A DNA stretch of 39,601 nucleotides from an uncultured Rickettsiales bacterium (GTDB taxonomy: Bacteria; Pseudomonadota; Alphaproteobacteria; CAJXXZ01; CAZLVD01). Under the pieces are notes generated by a model that worked only from the letters and a program-made list of their open reading frames with translations, was not told where the DNA came from and searched no databases. The translations under genes and the position numbers were made by a program. The stretch is taken from positions 50,703 to 90,303 of the forward strand of contig CAZLVD010000001.1 of NCBI GenBank assembly GCA_964563095.1, given 5' to 3'. Shown here in pieces: positions 8,557 to 20,700 of the stretch (position 1 is its first letter; each line of letters opens with the position of its first letter).

Positions 8557-10212
8557 TTATTCACGCAAAGCATATTTTTCTAAATTGATTTGTTTATCAA
8601 AGATATCTCCAAGTATTTCCTGACCATTATGCATACATATAATAATGGAGCTATTTGGCAAGGACTCACATATCATTTTCATCAATACTTGACTCTCGTG
8701 ATTGTCTATATTACTGAACGGTTCATCAAGGAAAATTGCATTATATTTATCATCAGATTGATATAGTAATCTTGCAAGTTGTATCTTCTGACGCTCACCT
8801 GCAGATAAATTTTGCATATTTAATGTTTTATATAATGGTAATATTTTGCTTAAGATATATTCTATTTGCTGTTTATCACAATGATCACATGGATATGCTA
8901 CATTTGCGAAAATATCTCCTTCAATAACCAGTGTTTTATGCGGTAAGAAGAATAGTTTGGTAGTAGCCGGTGTGGATATTGTACCTGAAGCAGTTGTATA
9001 ATGTCCATGTAGAGCGCTCAATAAAGTTGTTTTACCAGTACCCGATTTACCATATATTAAGATATGTTCGCGTGGAGCAATATGTAAGTTGACGTTATGT
9101 AAAATCATTTTCATAGTATTGTCTGTTGGGACAAATATCGTGGCATTTATATGAATATTGCTATCAAGAGATTTAGCTTGTATCAAACCAGTGGCAGATA
9201 CATTCATACAAGTATCATAAATTTCATTTAATCGTTTCATGGATACACTGATTTCAGAAAATTTATCAGTATTTTGAGTTATAAATACTAAATTATACAA
9301 GATATACCATAGTAATGATGCGGCATATACTGTATCGTAAGTAGTAGCTAATCCTGCGCATGCTAATGGAGTAAATAATAAACGCCCCATATTGCTATTC
9401 ATTGTATTTACTATAGACTGTACAAAACCAGATAATGTTTTAATGATCATAATTTTTCTTTGCGCATTAATATTCATATGTACGGTTTGCTTAATATGTG
9501 TAAAAGTAGCTTCTTTACCATTGAACATAGCTATAGCAGAACTCATTTGATCAGTACCTTTAATAGTACGACGTAGAGCGCCTTCGGTTTCTAAAAATTG
9601 TTCATGATAGTATTGTATATAGTGCTTAAATATGAGATTCAACATACTGAATAGTAAAGCAAGCAGGATTACAATAATAGCAATTTTTCCTATACCATTG
9701 CCGCATTTTTGTATTTCATTAATGAATTTAGGTGTATATATACAGAGCTGTATGAGTGCAGTAGTAGCTCCATGCAATAATTCTCCCAGTGTAATAGAAA
9801 TTGATTTTATATCATCTGTCAGACGTTTATCTATATTTTCTATATTATGATGAGTGAAGTGCTTGCTAGAAATCCAACAATTTACAAGTTGCTGAGTAAT
9901 TGTCTGTTTCCAATATAATGTTATATATTTTTTTAAAAATAATGAGGTATAATAAATCGCAGTAGAACCAGCTGCTATTATTAAAAATCTATATGCAAGA
10001 GCAAATATTTCTGATCTGGAAGTGGATGTATTGAGTAATGCGAAGATTCTACTGGAGGCTTGAATAGATGCATTTTGTACATATGCATATAATATTAATA
10101 TAATCAAAATTGATATACATATACTCACTGATTGCATACTGAAAAAAATACTTTGCAACATTCTGCGAAATAATTTTTGTACATTGACTTTGGACATATC
10201 ACAGCATATCAT
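8557..10212 (-). CDS. ABC transporter, fused permease/ATP-binding half-transporter
   Basis: N-terminal half has about 5-6 TM segments. C-terminal half has Walker A (GKSGTGKTT), ABC signature (LSAGERQKIQLARLL), Walker B (IFLDEP) and an H-loop (ICMHN). YddA/SbmA-like subfamily is a guess. Confidence 0.8.
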   Translation of the reverse strand: MICCDMSKVNVQKLFRRMLQSIFFSMQSVSICISILIILILYAYVQNASIQASSRIFALLNTSTSRSEIFALAYRFLIIAAGSTAIYYTSLFLKKYITLYWKQTITQQLVNCWISSKHFTHHNIENIDKRLTDDIKSISITLGELLHGATTALIQLCIYTPKFINEIQKCGNGIGKIAIIVILLALLFSMLNLIFKHYIQYYHEQFLETEGALRRTIKGTDQMSSAIAMFNGKEATFTHIKQTVHMNINAQRKIMIIKTLSGFVQSIVNTMNSNMGRLLFTPLACAGLATTYDTVYAASLLWYILYNLVFITQNTDKFSEISVSMKRLNEIYDTCMNVSATGLIQAKSLDSNIHINATIFVPTDNTMKMILHNVNLHIAPREHILIYGKSGTGKTTLLSALHGHYTTASGTISTPATTKLFFLPHKTLVIEGDIFANVAYPCDHCDKQQIEYILSKILPLYKTLNMQNLSAGERQKIQLARLLYQSDDKYNAIFLDEPFSNIDNHESQVLMKMICESLPNSSIIICMHNGQEILGDIFDKQINLEKYALRE

Positions 10213-10225
10213 TTTTGCGATATTA

Positions 10226-10549
10226 TTATATATTGATTGTAAAATTATTTATGATCATGCTTGTCAGATCTTTTTTCAATTCACTAAAATCTGCTGATAT
10301 AATATTTTTTTTCGGATACAACATGCAGTCTATTGGAAGATGCTGACTTAATTCACGTACTATATGTCTAATGCGTCTCTTGATTTTATTACGTACAACA
10401 GCATTGCCAATTTTTCTACCTATTTTCAAAATGATTTTGCCTGCTACGTTATCTGCAGGCTTGGAGGTATAATGAAAGAATGAAGTATCTATTCTAGATA
10501 ATATAGCTAACTCTTTATATCTTGATAGCTTCATTTTTGTTTTATACAT
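10226..10549 (-). CDS. rnpA: Ribonuclease P protein component
   Basis: Basic RNR-type motif GNAVVRNKIKRRIRHIVRE, about 107 aa, located downstream of rpmH as in most bacteria. Confidence 0.8.
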   Translation of the reverse strand: MYKTKMKLSRYKELAILSRIDTSFFHYTSKPADNVAGKIILKIGRKIGNAVVRNKIKRRIRHIVRELSQHLPIDCMLYPKKNIISADFSELKKDLTSMIINNFTINI

Positions 10550-10574
10550 ATACTTATCATTGCATAATTTCTAA

Positions 10575-10620
10575 GCGATGTGTAGAGATAGTTTATGTGC
10601 GATGTGTAGAGATAGTTTAT
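10575..10620. repeat. 22-nt direct repeat x 2 (period 24) in the rpmH-rnpA spacer
   Basis: GCGATGTGTAGAGATAGTTTAT is read at 10575 and again at 10599. Confidence 0.85.
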
Positions 10621-10709
10621 TGATGAATGATTTACGTAATGATATATAAAAGTATGTGCGTATATGAAATGTTCACAATGCTTTTATATTTTGGAAAGAA
10701 AGTGAGATA

Positions 10710-10859
10710 TTACTTAACTGGCTTATCATATGCTAATACATGTCTACCTTTAGCTCTACGTCTGTTAATTACATCTCTGCCACCAACAGTAGACATGCGT
10801 GCTCTGAAACCGATTTTACGTCTTACACTTCTTTTACCTTTATATGTTTGATATGCCAT
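10710..10859 (-). CDS. rpmH: 50S ribosomal protein L34
   Basis: Hand translation gives [49 protein letters not shown] (49 aa). The L34 core GFRARM....GR.V...RRAKGR is present. The track only shows the antisense ORF 10627..10851. Confidence 0.88.
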   Translation of the reverse strand: MAYQTYKGKRSVRRKIGFRARMSTVGGRDVINRRRAKGRHVLAYDKPVK

Positions 10860-10907
10860 TTCAAAATATTCTAACAAAAAACCAGTCTTATTGCAATATG
10901 TATCTCG

Positions 10908-12155
10908 ATGTTATTTATATTTTTATGTTATTATTGTGTTATGATTTTTACCAGAAAAACAATCGGTTTATTAATTAGTATAGTTGAATGGTATGATTTT
11001 GCTATATACGCCATGTTTATTAAAGAGATTACAAAGAGTTTTTTTAATAATTACGCTACCATGTATGCTGGATTATATTCATTTTTAATACTATCTGTAG
11101 CTTATCTATTTAGACCTATAGGAGCATATATATTTGGGCAAATTACTGATATATGTGATGAAAATAGATCATTGCAAATATCATTATTTATGATGGCTAT
11201 ATCGAGTTTATTGGTATGTACCGTTCCCGAGAATAATATCATAGGTATCATTATACTAGTTTTAGTGCGGATTATACAGGGAATTGCTATGGGTGGTTGT
11301 TATGGCATGTCTTATGTATATGTGGTAGCAAATACTGAGGAAAATAAAAATTATGCAGCATCATTTATATGTATTGGCTTTATTCTTGGATTTATTATGG
11401 GACAAATGATGAATGTACTCTTAGGTATGTATACTGATCATTCTTTTTTAGCTCAATATGGATGGAGGCTAGCGTTTATGCTTGGTGCTCTGATGTCGCT
11501 ATGTGTCATACAAATGATTGGATACAAACGTGATGAAAATTATTGTAATACCAATCAAGTTCAGAAATCTCATACATATAAGTATATGTATCAGATGTCT
11601 AGCAATGAGAATATGTCTAGAACAAATATAGGATACATGTATTTTATCACTAGTATCTTAGTTGTAGGATTAGATATTCTTGGATTTTATTTGCTGTTTG
11701 TTTACAATAAGTATTTAATGCAACATACTTTGCATTTAAGTGCAACATACATCGATATATATAATATGTTCTTATTATTATGTTTATGGCCTATTATAGT
11801 CATGTTTGCTAAGCTGTCAGACGCATATGGATGTAGAAAAATTTTATTATTTTCAGGTGTATTATTTACAATAATGATATGTATCCTGCCATGGTGTAGT
11901 TTGTATACATTAATACCAATGTTATTAATGCTAGGTTCATGTTATGGTTCATTACCTGTATGGATGGTAGAGAGATTTCAATATTATCCTGCAAAAGTTG
12001 GATTAAGTTTCAATATTGCTGCGGCTTGTTTTAATATTCTACTCTCAATATTAGCGCCTATATCTGTAAATTCTGGAATACATATCTTCAAGGGTATTTT
12101 AATGATGATTGGATTGATGATATGTAGTATTGTGTATATGGATCAGAGAATTTAA
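10908..12155 (+). CDS. MFS transporter, proline/betaine (ProP/MHS)-like
   Basis: About 12 hydrophobic segments. The N-terminal [12 protein letters not shown] motif is typical of MHS/ProP-family transporters, which are common in Rickettsiales-type genomes. Confidence 0.7.
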   Translation: MLFIFLCYYCVMIFTRKTIGLLISIVEWYDFAIYAMFIKEITKSFFNNYATMYAGLYSFLILSVAYLFRPIGAYIFGQITDICDENRSLQISLFMMAISSLLVCTVPENNIIGIIILVLVRIIQGIAMGGCYGMSYVYVVANTEENKNYAASFICIGFILGFIMGQMMNVLLGMYTDHSFLAQYGWRLAFMLGALMSLCVIQMIGYKRDENYCNTNQVQKSHTYKYMYQMSSNENMSRTNIGYMYFITSILVVGLDILGFYLLFVYNKYLMQHTLHLSATYIDIYNMFLLLCLWPIIVMFAKLSDAYGCRKILLFSGVLFTIMICILPWCSLYTLIPMLLMLGSCYGSLPVWMVERFQYYPAKVGLSFNIAAACFNILLSILAPISVNSGIHIFKGILMMIGLMICSIVYMDQRI

Positions 12156-12273
12156 TTCATAACATGAAGATTGCATATTTATATATTTATAACGGGCAGA
12201 TTGTATTGATATCTCACTATAATGACAAAATGTATATAGATCAGAGATATAATGCAAAATATACTATGTCATT

Positions 12274-13530
12274 TTAATTAAAAGTGTAAATGGCTTTTGT
12301 AGTGCTGAACATATGTTCAATAGCTCCAAGTATCACAGAGCCTGTAAGTGTTTGAGCAATATTTAATACTCTATGTGACAGAATTGTTCTAGCATATGTG
12401 TGCAGATCTATACAGATTGTATAATGCGTGGTATTCACAAATATATATTTATCTGTAATATGAGATGATATAATTTTTTCATCAAACATTAATCCATCAT
12501 ACCATGCTGCCTGAAAGACTGCTTGTAATGCTAAAGTTTTTGTATCTAATTGAAATATCTCTCTATTGGTAGAAAGAAAAATATTAGATGAGTTATTGAA
12601 TATATGTATATATGGCACAGGTGATACAGTCACTGTCACATCGTCAGGAGTTTGCTGATCATATTGATTGGTTTGAGATGCTATGTATTGATATGTGGAT
12701 TTATCTATCTGATAGACCGTATGATTTGTAATACAGTAAATGCTTTTATCATCTACATATACGTGTGCAAGTAAATGATATGGTATATAAATTGTTTGTA
12801 ATGTATTCCCGGAATGTAAATCTACTACAGATAATGATAATGGAGCAGAGAATGTATATAGGAGATTGCCATCTATACATGCATTGGTATTATATGCAAT
12901 ATCATTTGGTAAAGTAGACTCTAGATGCCAGAGTATTATCCCTTGATCTTTTAAGAAACAGGTAATCGATCCGTTATTTGATAGAGCAAGAAGCTTATCA
13001 TCTTTTTCTATAAAAGATAAAATCAGATGATGATTAATAATTTCAGTAATTTCCTGAGTATTATTATCTACAATAATCAGATTGCCTATTTCATCAGCTA
13101 TATACATTAGATTATTAATTACATGTACAGCAGTTATAGTATATTGATGGGTAAAAATGATACTAGTATTTCCATTATGATTGACGCAGACGGTATTAGC
13201 ATCTGTAAAATAGATTTTATCCTGACATGTGCTTAATTGTTGAGTTCTATAAGTTATCTTTCTATTTGTTGCTTTTTTAGTAGCTATTTTTGTTTCTGTA
13301 TAATTATGTTTTACTTCGATATCTGATATTCTATCTAAGAACTCTATGTAGTTATATATATGATTATTGTTTAGATTTTGTGTATCAGTATTGACAGTTT
13401 GCTTTGCTGTATCAGTATTGGCAGTTTGTGTTACTCCAGGAAGATCAGTGGTATTTGCATACTGAGATGTGTTTTCGGTATCTGAGTCCGCATATAAACT
13501 CACTGCATATAGTAATAAGAATTTCTGCAT
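12274..13530 (-). CDS. Secreted beta-propeller-like protein, possible BamB homolog
   Basis: Signal-like N-terminus. Repeated motifs fit PQQ/BamB-type blades (LMYIADEIGNLIIVDNNTQE; LLALSNNGSITCFLKDQGIILW; LLYTFSAPLSLSVVDLHSGNTL; IYCITNHTVYQIDKSTYQ). No lipobox Cys was seen, so the assignment is tentative. Confidence 0.45.
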   Translation of the reverse strand: MQKFLLLYAVSLYADSDTENTSQYANTTDLPGVTQTANTDTAKQTVNTDTQNLNNNHIYNYIEFLDRISDIEVKHNYTETKIATKKATNRKITYRTQQLSTCQDKIYFTDANTVCVNHNGNTSIIFTHQYTITAVHVINNLMYIADEIGNLIIVDNNTQEITEIINHHLILSFIEKDDKLLALSNNGSITCFLKDQGIILWHLESTLPNDIAYNTNACIDGNLLYTFSAPLSLSVVDLHSGNTLQTIYIPYHLLAHVYVDDKSIYCITNHTVYQIDKSTYQYIASQTNQYDQQTPDDVTVTVSPVPYIHIFNNSSNIFLSTNREIFQLDTKTLALQAVFQAAWYDGLMFDEKIISSHITDKYIFVNTTHYTICIDLHTYARTILSHRVLNIAQTLTGSVILGAIEHMFSTTKAIYTFN

Positions 13531-14150
13531 TATAATTTACTCCAATCGTACTCATTAGCATTTTCATGACCTATTTCAGATAAAATTAATCTAGGATTTA
13601 ATGATAATTCACGCTCAATATCTACAGGTATAGCTTCTGTAGATTTACTATAAATTAATTCAGCTGCAACTTTTTTCTCATGTAAAGATAATGTTTGATA
13701 AGACTGTACCAAATTGCTTTGACCTGTTCTTAGTAAGAATAATAATCTATATCTATGATCTGGATTATAAGGTTTATTTGCATAAATATCTTTAATAAAG
13801 TTAGCCAGTTGTGTGCTATAGCAATATTTAGCGTATCTCTGATCAATTTTATCTAACGTACGTAGTTTACCTTTGCTCAAATATTCCTGAATAATTATAG
13901 TATTAGCTTTATTGATTTTATTTATTTGAATATATACATATCCAGCATAAAACATACTAGCCGTAATAACTATTGCTGCAACTACAACAGTATAGAGATA
14001 TTTATATAGCAGACGCTGTCTATTATAATGTTTTGTCATGTCATGTGAATCAAAATTTGCAAACATATTCATATGATATTGTATGACTTTATATATAAAA
14101 AGCAATTCCAAAAGCAAAAAAATAGAAACATCGAATTGAAAATATATCAA
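13530..14150 (-). CDS. Hypothetical membrane-anchored protein (YfgM-like by position only)
   Basis: 206-aa ORF with one TM (LYTVVVAAIVITASMFYAGYVYI). Its stop overlaps the start of the BamB-like gene by 1 nt, which resembles yfgM-bamB synteny. Confidence 0.45.
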   Translation of the reverse strand: MIYFQFDVSIFLLLELLFIYKVIQYHMNMFANFDSHDMTKHYNRQRLLYKYLYTVVVAAIVITASMFYAGYVYIQINKINKANTIIIQEYLSKGKLRTLDKIDQRYAKYCYSTQLANFIKDIYANKPYNPDHRYRLLFLLRTGQSNLVQSYQTLSLHEKKVAAELIYSKSTEAIPVDIERELSLNPRLILSEIGHENANEYDWSKL

Positions 14151-14193
14151 AAGGTATAAAAAATTAATAAAAAATTTACTTTTAGGATGATAA

Positions 14194-14640
14194 TTGTTAC
14201 AAATGTTAAAAATGTTAGTTGCAATTCTGAGTATCTTTTCAGTTACAAATTTATATATGTATAATATGCATATGCATACAAATACAATCGCAGAAAAAAA
14301 AGTTTACGATAAAACAAATGTATTTGCACGAATATTAAGAAATGAGCTTCCATGTAAGAAGGCTCATTATAATGGTGTGGTGTTTGAAAATCAGCATGCA
14401 GTAGCTATTTATGATATTAATCCTAGAAAAAATGTACATATTTTACTGTTGCCAAAAGGTGAATATGTAGATTTAAGAGATTTTCTAGAACATGCTAGCA
14501 ATGAAGAAAAAATAGCAGCATATAATATGTTAGTCAGTATTTTAAATCATTGTGTGGATGTTAGAGTAGAGAATAATCTGGATATTTATCAAGAAGTACC
14601 GCATTTACATTGGCATATTATGGCTGATAGATGGATATAA
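14194..14640 (+). CDS. HIT-family (histidine triad) nucleotide hydrolase
   Basis: Histidine triad HLHWHIM at the C-terminus and the IFARILRNELPCKK...DINPRKNVHILLLPK block. The N-terminal ~25 aa of the ORF are probably not translated (several internal Met). Confidence 0.8.
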   Translation: MLQMLKMLVAILSIFSVTNLYMYNMHMHTNTIAEKKVYDKTNVFARILRNELPCKKAHYNGVVFENQHAVAIYDINPRKNVHILLLPKGEYVDLRDFLEHASNEEKIAAYNMLVSILNHCVDVRVENNLDIYQEVPHLHWHIMADRWI

Positions 14641-14762
14641 GAGATATAAAAATGCAACAGATTTGTGAATATTATTAATTTCTTGTTAGTATATATTTAA
14701 TATATTTAAAAGTTATTGTATCATAGTGATTTTTGTTATATACTATTTAAATCATTAGAATT

Positions 14763-17700
14763 GTGGTGGGTGCGATGACTGTAAATAAAAAACATACTGA
14801 TAAGCAAGCAAAAAATACATCTAACTTTAAGAAAAATCATATAATCCGTGGTTATTCTGGGAAAAAATGTATGCCTCAGCTGGCTAAAATAAGATCTTTT
14901 CATCATGATTCATATCGTGACTTTCTTCAATTAAATACTCCAGAAAATGCACGTTTGAAAACAGGATTGCAAAGAATTTTAGAAGAAGTGTTTCCTATCG
15001 TTAGCTATAATGGAGTAATAGAATTGAGTTTTATTAGCTATAAATTCTTACCTATTAAATATTCTATAAATGAATGCAAGAAGGGTAACTTAACATACGC
15101 TATTCCTGTAGTTATTAGATTAAAGAGAACATTATATGAAATTAGTACAGAAAAGAATGAGCTGAATAATACGGAGAAAACTGAACGTAAAATTACTGAT
15201 GTAATAGAACAGGATGTTCATTTAGGTTCAATCCCTATGATTACTGAAAATGGATCATTTATTATTAATGGTGTTGAGCGTGTGCTTGTATCTCAATTAC
15301 ATAGAGCTCCAGGTGCATTCTTCGAAGTGACAGAAGATAAGACTCATGGAAAATCTGTACATTCAGCGCTTGTAATTCCTGCAAGAGGTTCATGGTTAGA
15401 TATGCTCTTTGATTCAAAGAATATTTTACAGGCGCGTATAGATAAGAAACGTAAAGTAATCGCTACATCATTATTAATGTGCTTTAACTCTAAACGTTTA
15501 TCGGATACATATGATTTTGATAATATGGACTTAGGTTATGCTGAAAAAAATCGTAATCTTTCTATTGCTAGAGGTGGAGTATCTAAAACTGAATTATTAT
15601 CATTATTCTATAAACATAATACTGCAAAGCGTGTAAAAGACGGATGGTCTATAGATTGGATCGAATCAGAATGGTCTAATGTTAAATTAAAACATGATTT
15701 GATAGATGCTGAAAGTCATAAAGTCTTACATGAAGCTGGTACTACATTAAAAGCTAGACAATTACAAGTAATTACTAAAAGTGGCGTAAAGCATATATTC
15801 TTATCAGATGAACAATTCTTGGGTGCATTTTCTGCATGTGATATAGTAGATACCCGTAATGGTAAAATTTTAGCTTATGCAGGTGAAGAGTTTACTATGA
15901 AGAAAATGGCTGAACTAGCTGAACATATTGATAAATTCTATATTTTATCTCTCAATAGAAGCTTTAATGAATTATATTGGTTAGATACCATTAATGCTGA
16001 AAGAGCTCATACGCGTGAAGAAGCATTATTAAATATATATAAGGTAGTTAGACCAAATGAACGTCCATCATTAAATATTGCATGGGAACTATTCTATGGT
16101 ATGTTCTTAGATGCTGAAAAGTATGATTTGTCAGATGTTGGTAGAGTCAGATTGAATATGCGTTTGTTGTTAAACATAGATAAAAATCACTCTGTACTTA
16201 CAAAAGCTGATGTAATGGGTATTACTAAGATTTTACTAGAAATTAAAGCTGGAAGAAATCAAGTTGATGATCTAGATGGTTTGATGAATAGACGTGTACG
16301 TTTGGCCGGAGAATTAATCGAAGCGCAATGTTATACAGTATTAACAAAAATGACAAGATTAATTAAAGATAGAATGAGTATGTCTGATACTGCTACAGCT
16401 ACACCTCATTCCATGTTCAACTCACAATTATTTGTATCTGCTATGAAAGATTTTTTCACTAAATCGCAATTATCTCAATTCATGGATCATACAAACCCAT
16501 TGTCAGCATTGACACATGTGCGTAGATTATCAGCTCTTGGTCCTGGTGGATTAAATAAAGATAGAGCAGACGCTGGTGTACGTGATGTGCAGAGTACTTA
16601 CAATGGTAAAATCTGTATTGTGCAGACTCCTGAAGGTACAAACATTGGTTTGATTAACGCCTTTACAGTAAATGCTAATATTGATAGATATGGATTCTTG
16701 CAATCGTGTTATAACAGAGTAGTTCAAGGTAAAGTGACAGATGAAATTGTATACTTGTCTTCTATTGATGAAGCTCGTTACAATATTGCTTATGGTGATA
16801 CTGATTTAAATGAAACAGGTGAATTTGCTAATACTATTGTACCTTGTCGTAAAGGCGGAGAGGTTATTGATGTAGAAGCTACAGAAGTAGACTATATTGA
16901 TGCATCTACAAACCAAATCGTATCAGTATCTGCATCATTGATTCCATGGCTAGAAAGTAATGACGCTATGCGTGATCTTATGGGTTCTAACATGCAAGGC
17001 CAGGCAGTACCTGGTTTATATTCACAAAGTCCATTAGTTGGTACAGGTATGGAAGCATCAATACTTGAGCAATCAGGAGCTTGTATTTATGCAAAAAGAG
17101 ACGGAGAAGTTATACAGGTATTCGGTGATCGTATTGTAGTAAAAGCAGATGAGTACGATAAAGATACAGGTGTAATTGATATTTATAATATGCACAAGTT
17201 CGAGCAGTCAAACGCAGGTACATGTGTGCATCAAACAGCGGCTGTAAATGTGGGAGATAAGGTTTCCAAAGGAGATGTATTAACAAATGGATCTTCGGCT
17301 GATAGAGGTGATTTAGCTCTAGGATACAATGTTCGTGCTGCATTCTTATCCATGAATGGTATGAACTTTGAGGACTCTATTGTTATTTCAGAAAAATTAG
17401 TACAAGATGATGTCTTTACATCTATTCATTTGAAGACATTCGAAGCTACAATCAAAGATACAAAACATGGACAGCAACAAACTACAGCGGATATTCCTGG
17501 TGTGTATAGAGAAAAAGTATGGCATTTAGATGAGTCCGGTATTGTGCAAATTGGTACAACAGTTGCACCTGGAATGATTTTAGTTGGTAGAGTTACTCCT
17601 GTTGTAGAAAGCCATATATCCGGTGAAGATAAATTAATTAGAGCTATCTGTAAAGGTTCAGCATCATCAGTAAGAGATGACTCATTGTATGTACCTGCCG

Positions 17701-20700
17701 GTGTAAATGGTACCGTGATCGATGTTAAGATAATTAACAGACGTGATAATACAGATAAACGTACAATAGCATTGAAAAAAGTAGAAATCTTAGAATTGAA
17801 AAAGGATAGAGATCTAGAAATTTCTATGTTAAAGCAGAGCTTTACTCATATCTTACATGATCTTTTCAAAAATCAGATTATAGCTAAATCAAACGATGTA
17901 ATTTCTGAAGCTGAATTAGCAAAAATTCATATTGATAACTGTGATAGGATAAAATTAAAAGATACTGAAGTACAAAAACGTGTAGATTTCATGCGTGCTG
18001 AATTTGACAAAGCTGCCGCAGACATTACAGCTAAATGTGAACGTGATATAGAGAAAGTTCATGAAGGTATCGATCTACCTACAGGTGTAGAGAAGTTAGT
18101 AAAAGTTACAGTTGCTGTCAAGTGTGCAATGCAGTCAGGTGATAAATTATCAGGTCGTTATGGTAACAAAGGTATCGTATCATACATTTTACCTGTAGAA
18201 GACATGCCGTTTACTGCTGATGGTAAGCCTGTAGATATAGTCTTAAGTCCATTAGGTGTAGTATCTCGAATGAACTTGGGTCAAATTTTCGAATGTCATT
18301 TGGGTAAATCAGCTCAAGGTCTAGCGGATAGATTGCATCATATGTTATGTGGTTATGTTGCTAATGATAAGGCTGATAAAGCACTGAAAGCATTGACAGA
18401 AGCTGAAATAGCAGGAGCATTAAAGAAAACGGATGCGTCATTGGCGATATTGACAGATCAGGAACAGATTGATGAAGATATTGATTTTACAGATCATACA
18501 GTATCGCATGCTACATTACGTGAATTAGCAAATCCTAATCGTGATATCAAATCAGATATGAATCATATTCGTTCATATTTGAAAACTGTGTATGCAAAAG
18601 AACATGCTTATATAGATAGTTTATCAGATGCAGATGTGATCAAATGGAGCGTAGAATTAGCTAAAGATGGAGTGCATTTTGCATGTCCTGTATTCAATAG
18701 TATGCGTGAACAAGATATTCAAGATATGTTGACTAAAGCTGGATATGAGACGCATGGTAAAGAAACATTATACGATGGTAAAACAGGTATGCCTTATGAT
18801 AATAAAGTCAATGTAGGTATTCTATACATGTTGAAATTACATCACTTAGTTAATAAGAAAGTGCATGCACGTTCAATTGGTCCGTATAGCTCAGTTACAT
18901 TACAGCCATTGGGAGGTAAAGCTCAAGAAGGTGGACAGCGTGATGGTGAGATGGAAAACTGGGCATTGCAAGCTTATGGTGCGGCATATACATTACTTGA
19001 AATGATGACTATTAAGTCAGATGATGTATCAGGTAGAATTGCTGCATTCGAAGCTATTACTCAAGATAGAATGATTTCACATGTGTCTATTCCTGTAGCA
19101 TTCCAAGTATTCGTAAAAGAGCTTGAATCATTATGCTTAAAGGTTACATTAGGTCAACGTGAACATGCTATTCGTGATGGATGGACAAGAAAGCAAGATA
19201 TCGATACAATCGCATTATCTCTATCAAGTCCTGAGGATATACTAGCGCAGTCATACGGTGAACCTAAGAAGCCTGAAACTGTGAATTATCGTAACTACAG
19301 ACCTGAAAAAGGTGGATTATGTTGCGAGCGTATATTCGGTCCTGTAAAAGATTACGAATGTGCTTGTGGTAAGTATAAGAAGTATCAAAACAGAGGTATT
19401 ATTTGCGAACGTTGCGGTGTGGAAGTTACAACTTCTAGAGTAAGACGTGAACGTATGGGTCATATTGAATTAGTAACTCCTGTATTACATACATGGTTCT
19501 ATAGAGTATTACCAAACAGAGTAGCACTCATGTTAAATTATAGCTCGCATGATATTGATGCTATCATAAACTTTGATAAATATGTTGTCATAGATCCTAG
19601 AATGACAGTGTTCGACAAAGGTCAATTATTGACCGAAGATGAATATCAATCAGCTTGTGATGCAGAAGGTGCAGAGACATTTAAGGTAGCTACAGGTGTA
19701 GAAGCTATTGAACTCATGTTGAAAGATATAAATCTAGAAACAGAAATCAAAAAAGTGAAGAATGATTTAGAGGCTACTGGCATGAAGGCTAAACGTAAGA
19801 AATTAATCGTGCGCTTTAAGTTATTAAACGGTTTCTATCAAAATAATATTAAGCCTGAATGGATGGTATTGCGTATATTACCTGTAATGCCTGCTGACTT
19901 AAGACCAATAGTAAGCATTGAAGCTGGTCGTTTAGCTGCCTCTGATATTACAGAATTATATCGACGTTTTATTATTAGACATAACAGATTAAAACATTTG
20001 TTAGAGCTTGATGCGCCTGAAATTCTTATCAGAAATGCTAAGAGAGCACTACAAGAAGCATTGGATAACTTATTCGATAATACAAGAAGAGATAGACCTG
20101 TATTGGGTGCAAATAACAGACCATTGAAGTCTATTTCCGATAAAATCAAAGGTAAAGATGGTATGATTAGACAGAACTTGATCGGTAAACGTGTGGATTA
20201 CTCAGGTCGTTCTGTAATTACTGTAGATCCTACATTACAATTACATCAATGTGGATTACCTAGATCCATGGCACTTGAATTATTCAAGCCATTCGTATGT
20301 GCTGCATTGATTAAAGATGGTGTAGTCTTAACCTTACGCGATGCAAACTTAATGATTGAAGAAGAGCGTCCAGAGGTATGGGATGTGCTAGAGTCAGTTG
20401 TATATAGACATCCTGTGCTATTAAACCGCGCTCCTACATTGCATAGACTCAGTATTCGTGCATTCGAAGTAGTATTGGTAAATGGTAGTGCTATTAGATT
20501 ACATCCGTTAGTATGTTCTGGTTTCAATGCTGACTTCGATGGTGATCAGATGGCTGTGCATATTCCATTATCTGTAGAAGCTCAATTAGAAGCACGTGTC
20601 AGTATGCTAGCATCAAACAATATCTTACATCCTGCTGATGGTCGTGTAGCTGTATTACCTTCAAAAGATGTGGTATTGGGAATTTTCCATTTAACAAATA

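Noticed and set aside
8161-9850. ORFs 8161..8493 (-), 8736..8927 (+) and 9632..9850 (+)
   Set aside because: They are antisense to the asd-like gene or to the ABC transporter gene. They are hydrophobic and low-complexity, as expected from AT-rich antisense frames.
10627-10851. 74-aa plus-strand ORF
   Set aside because: It is the antisense shadow of the genuine L34 gene (rpmH, 10710..10859, minus strand), whose translation matches the L34 consensus.
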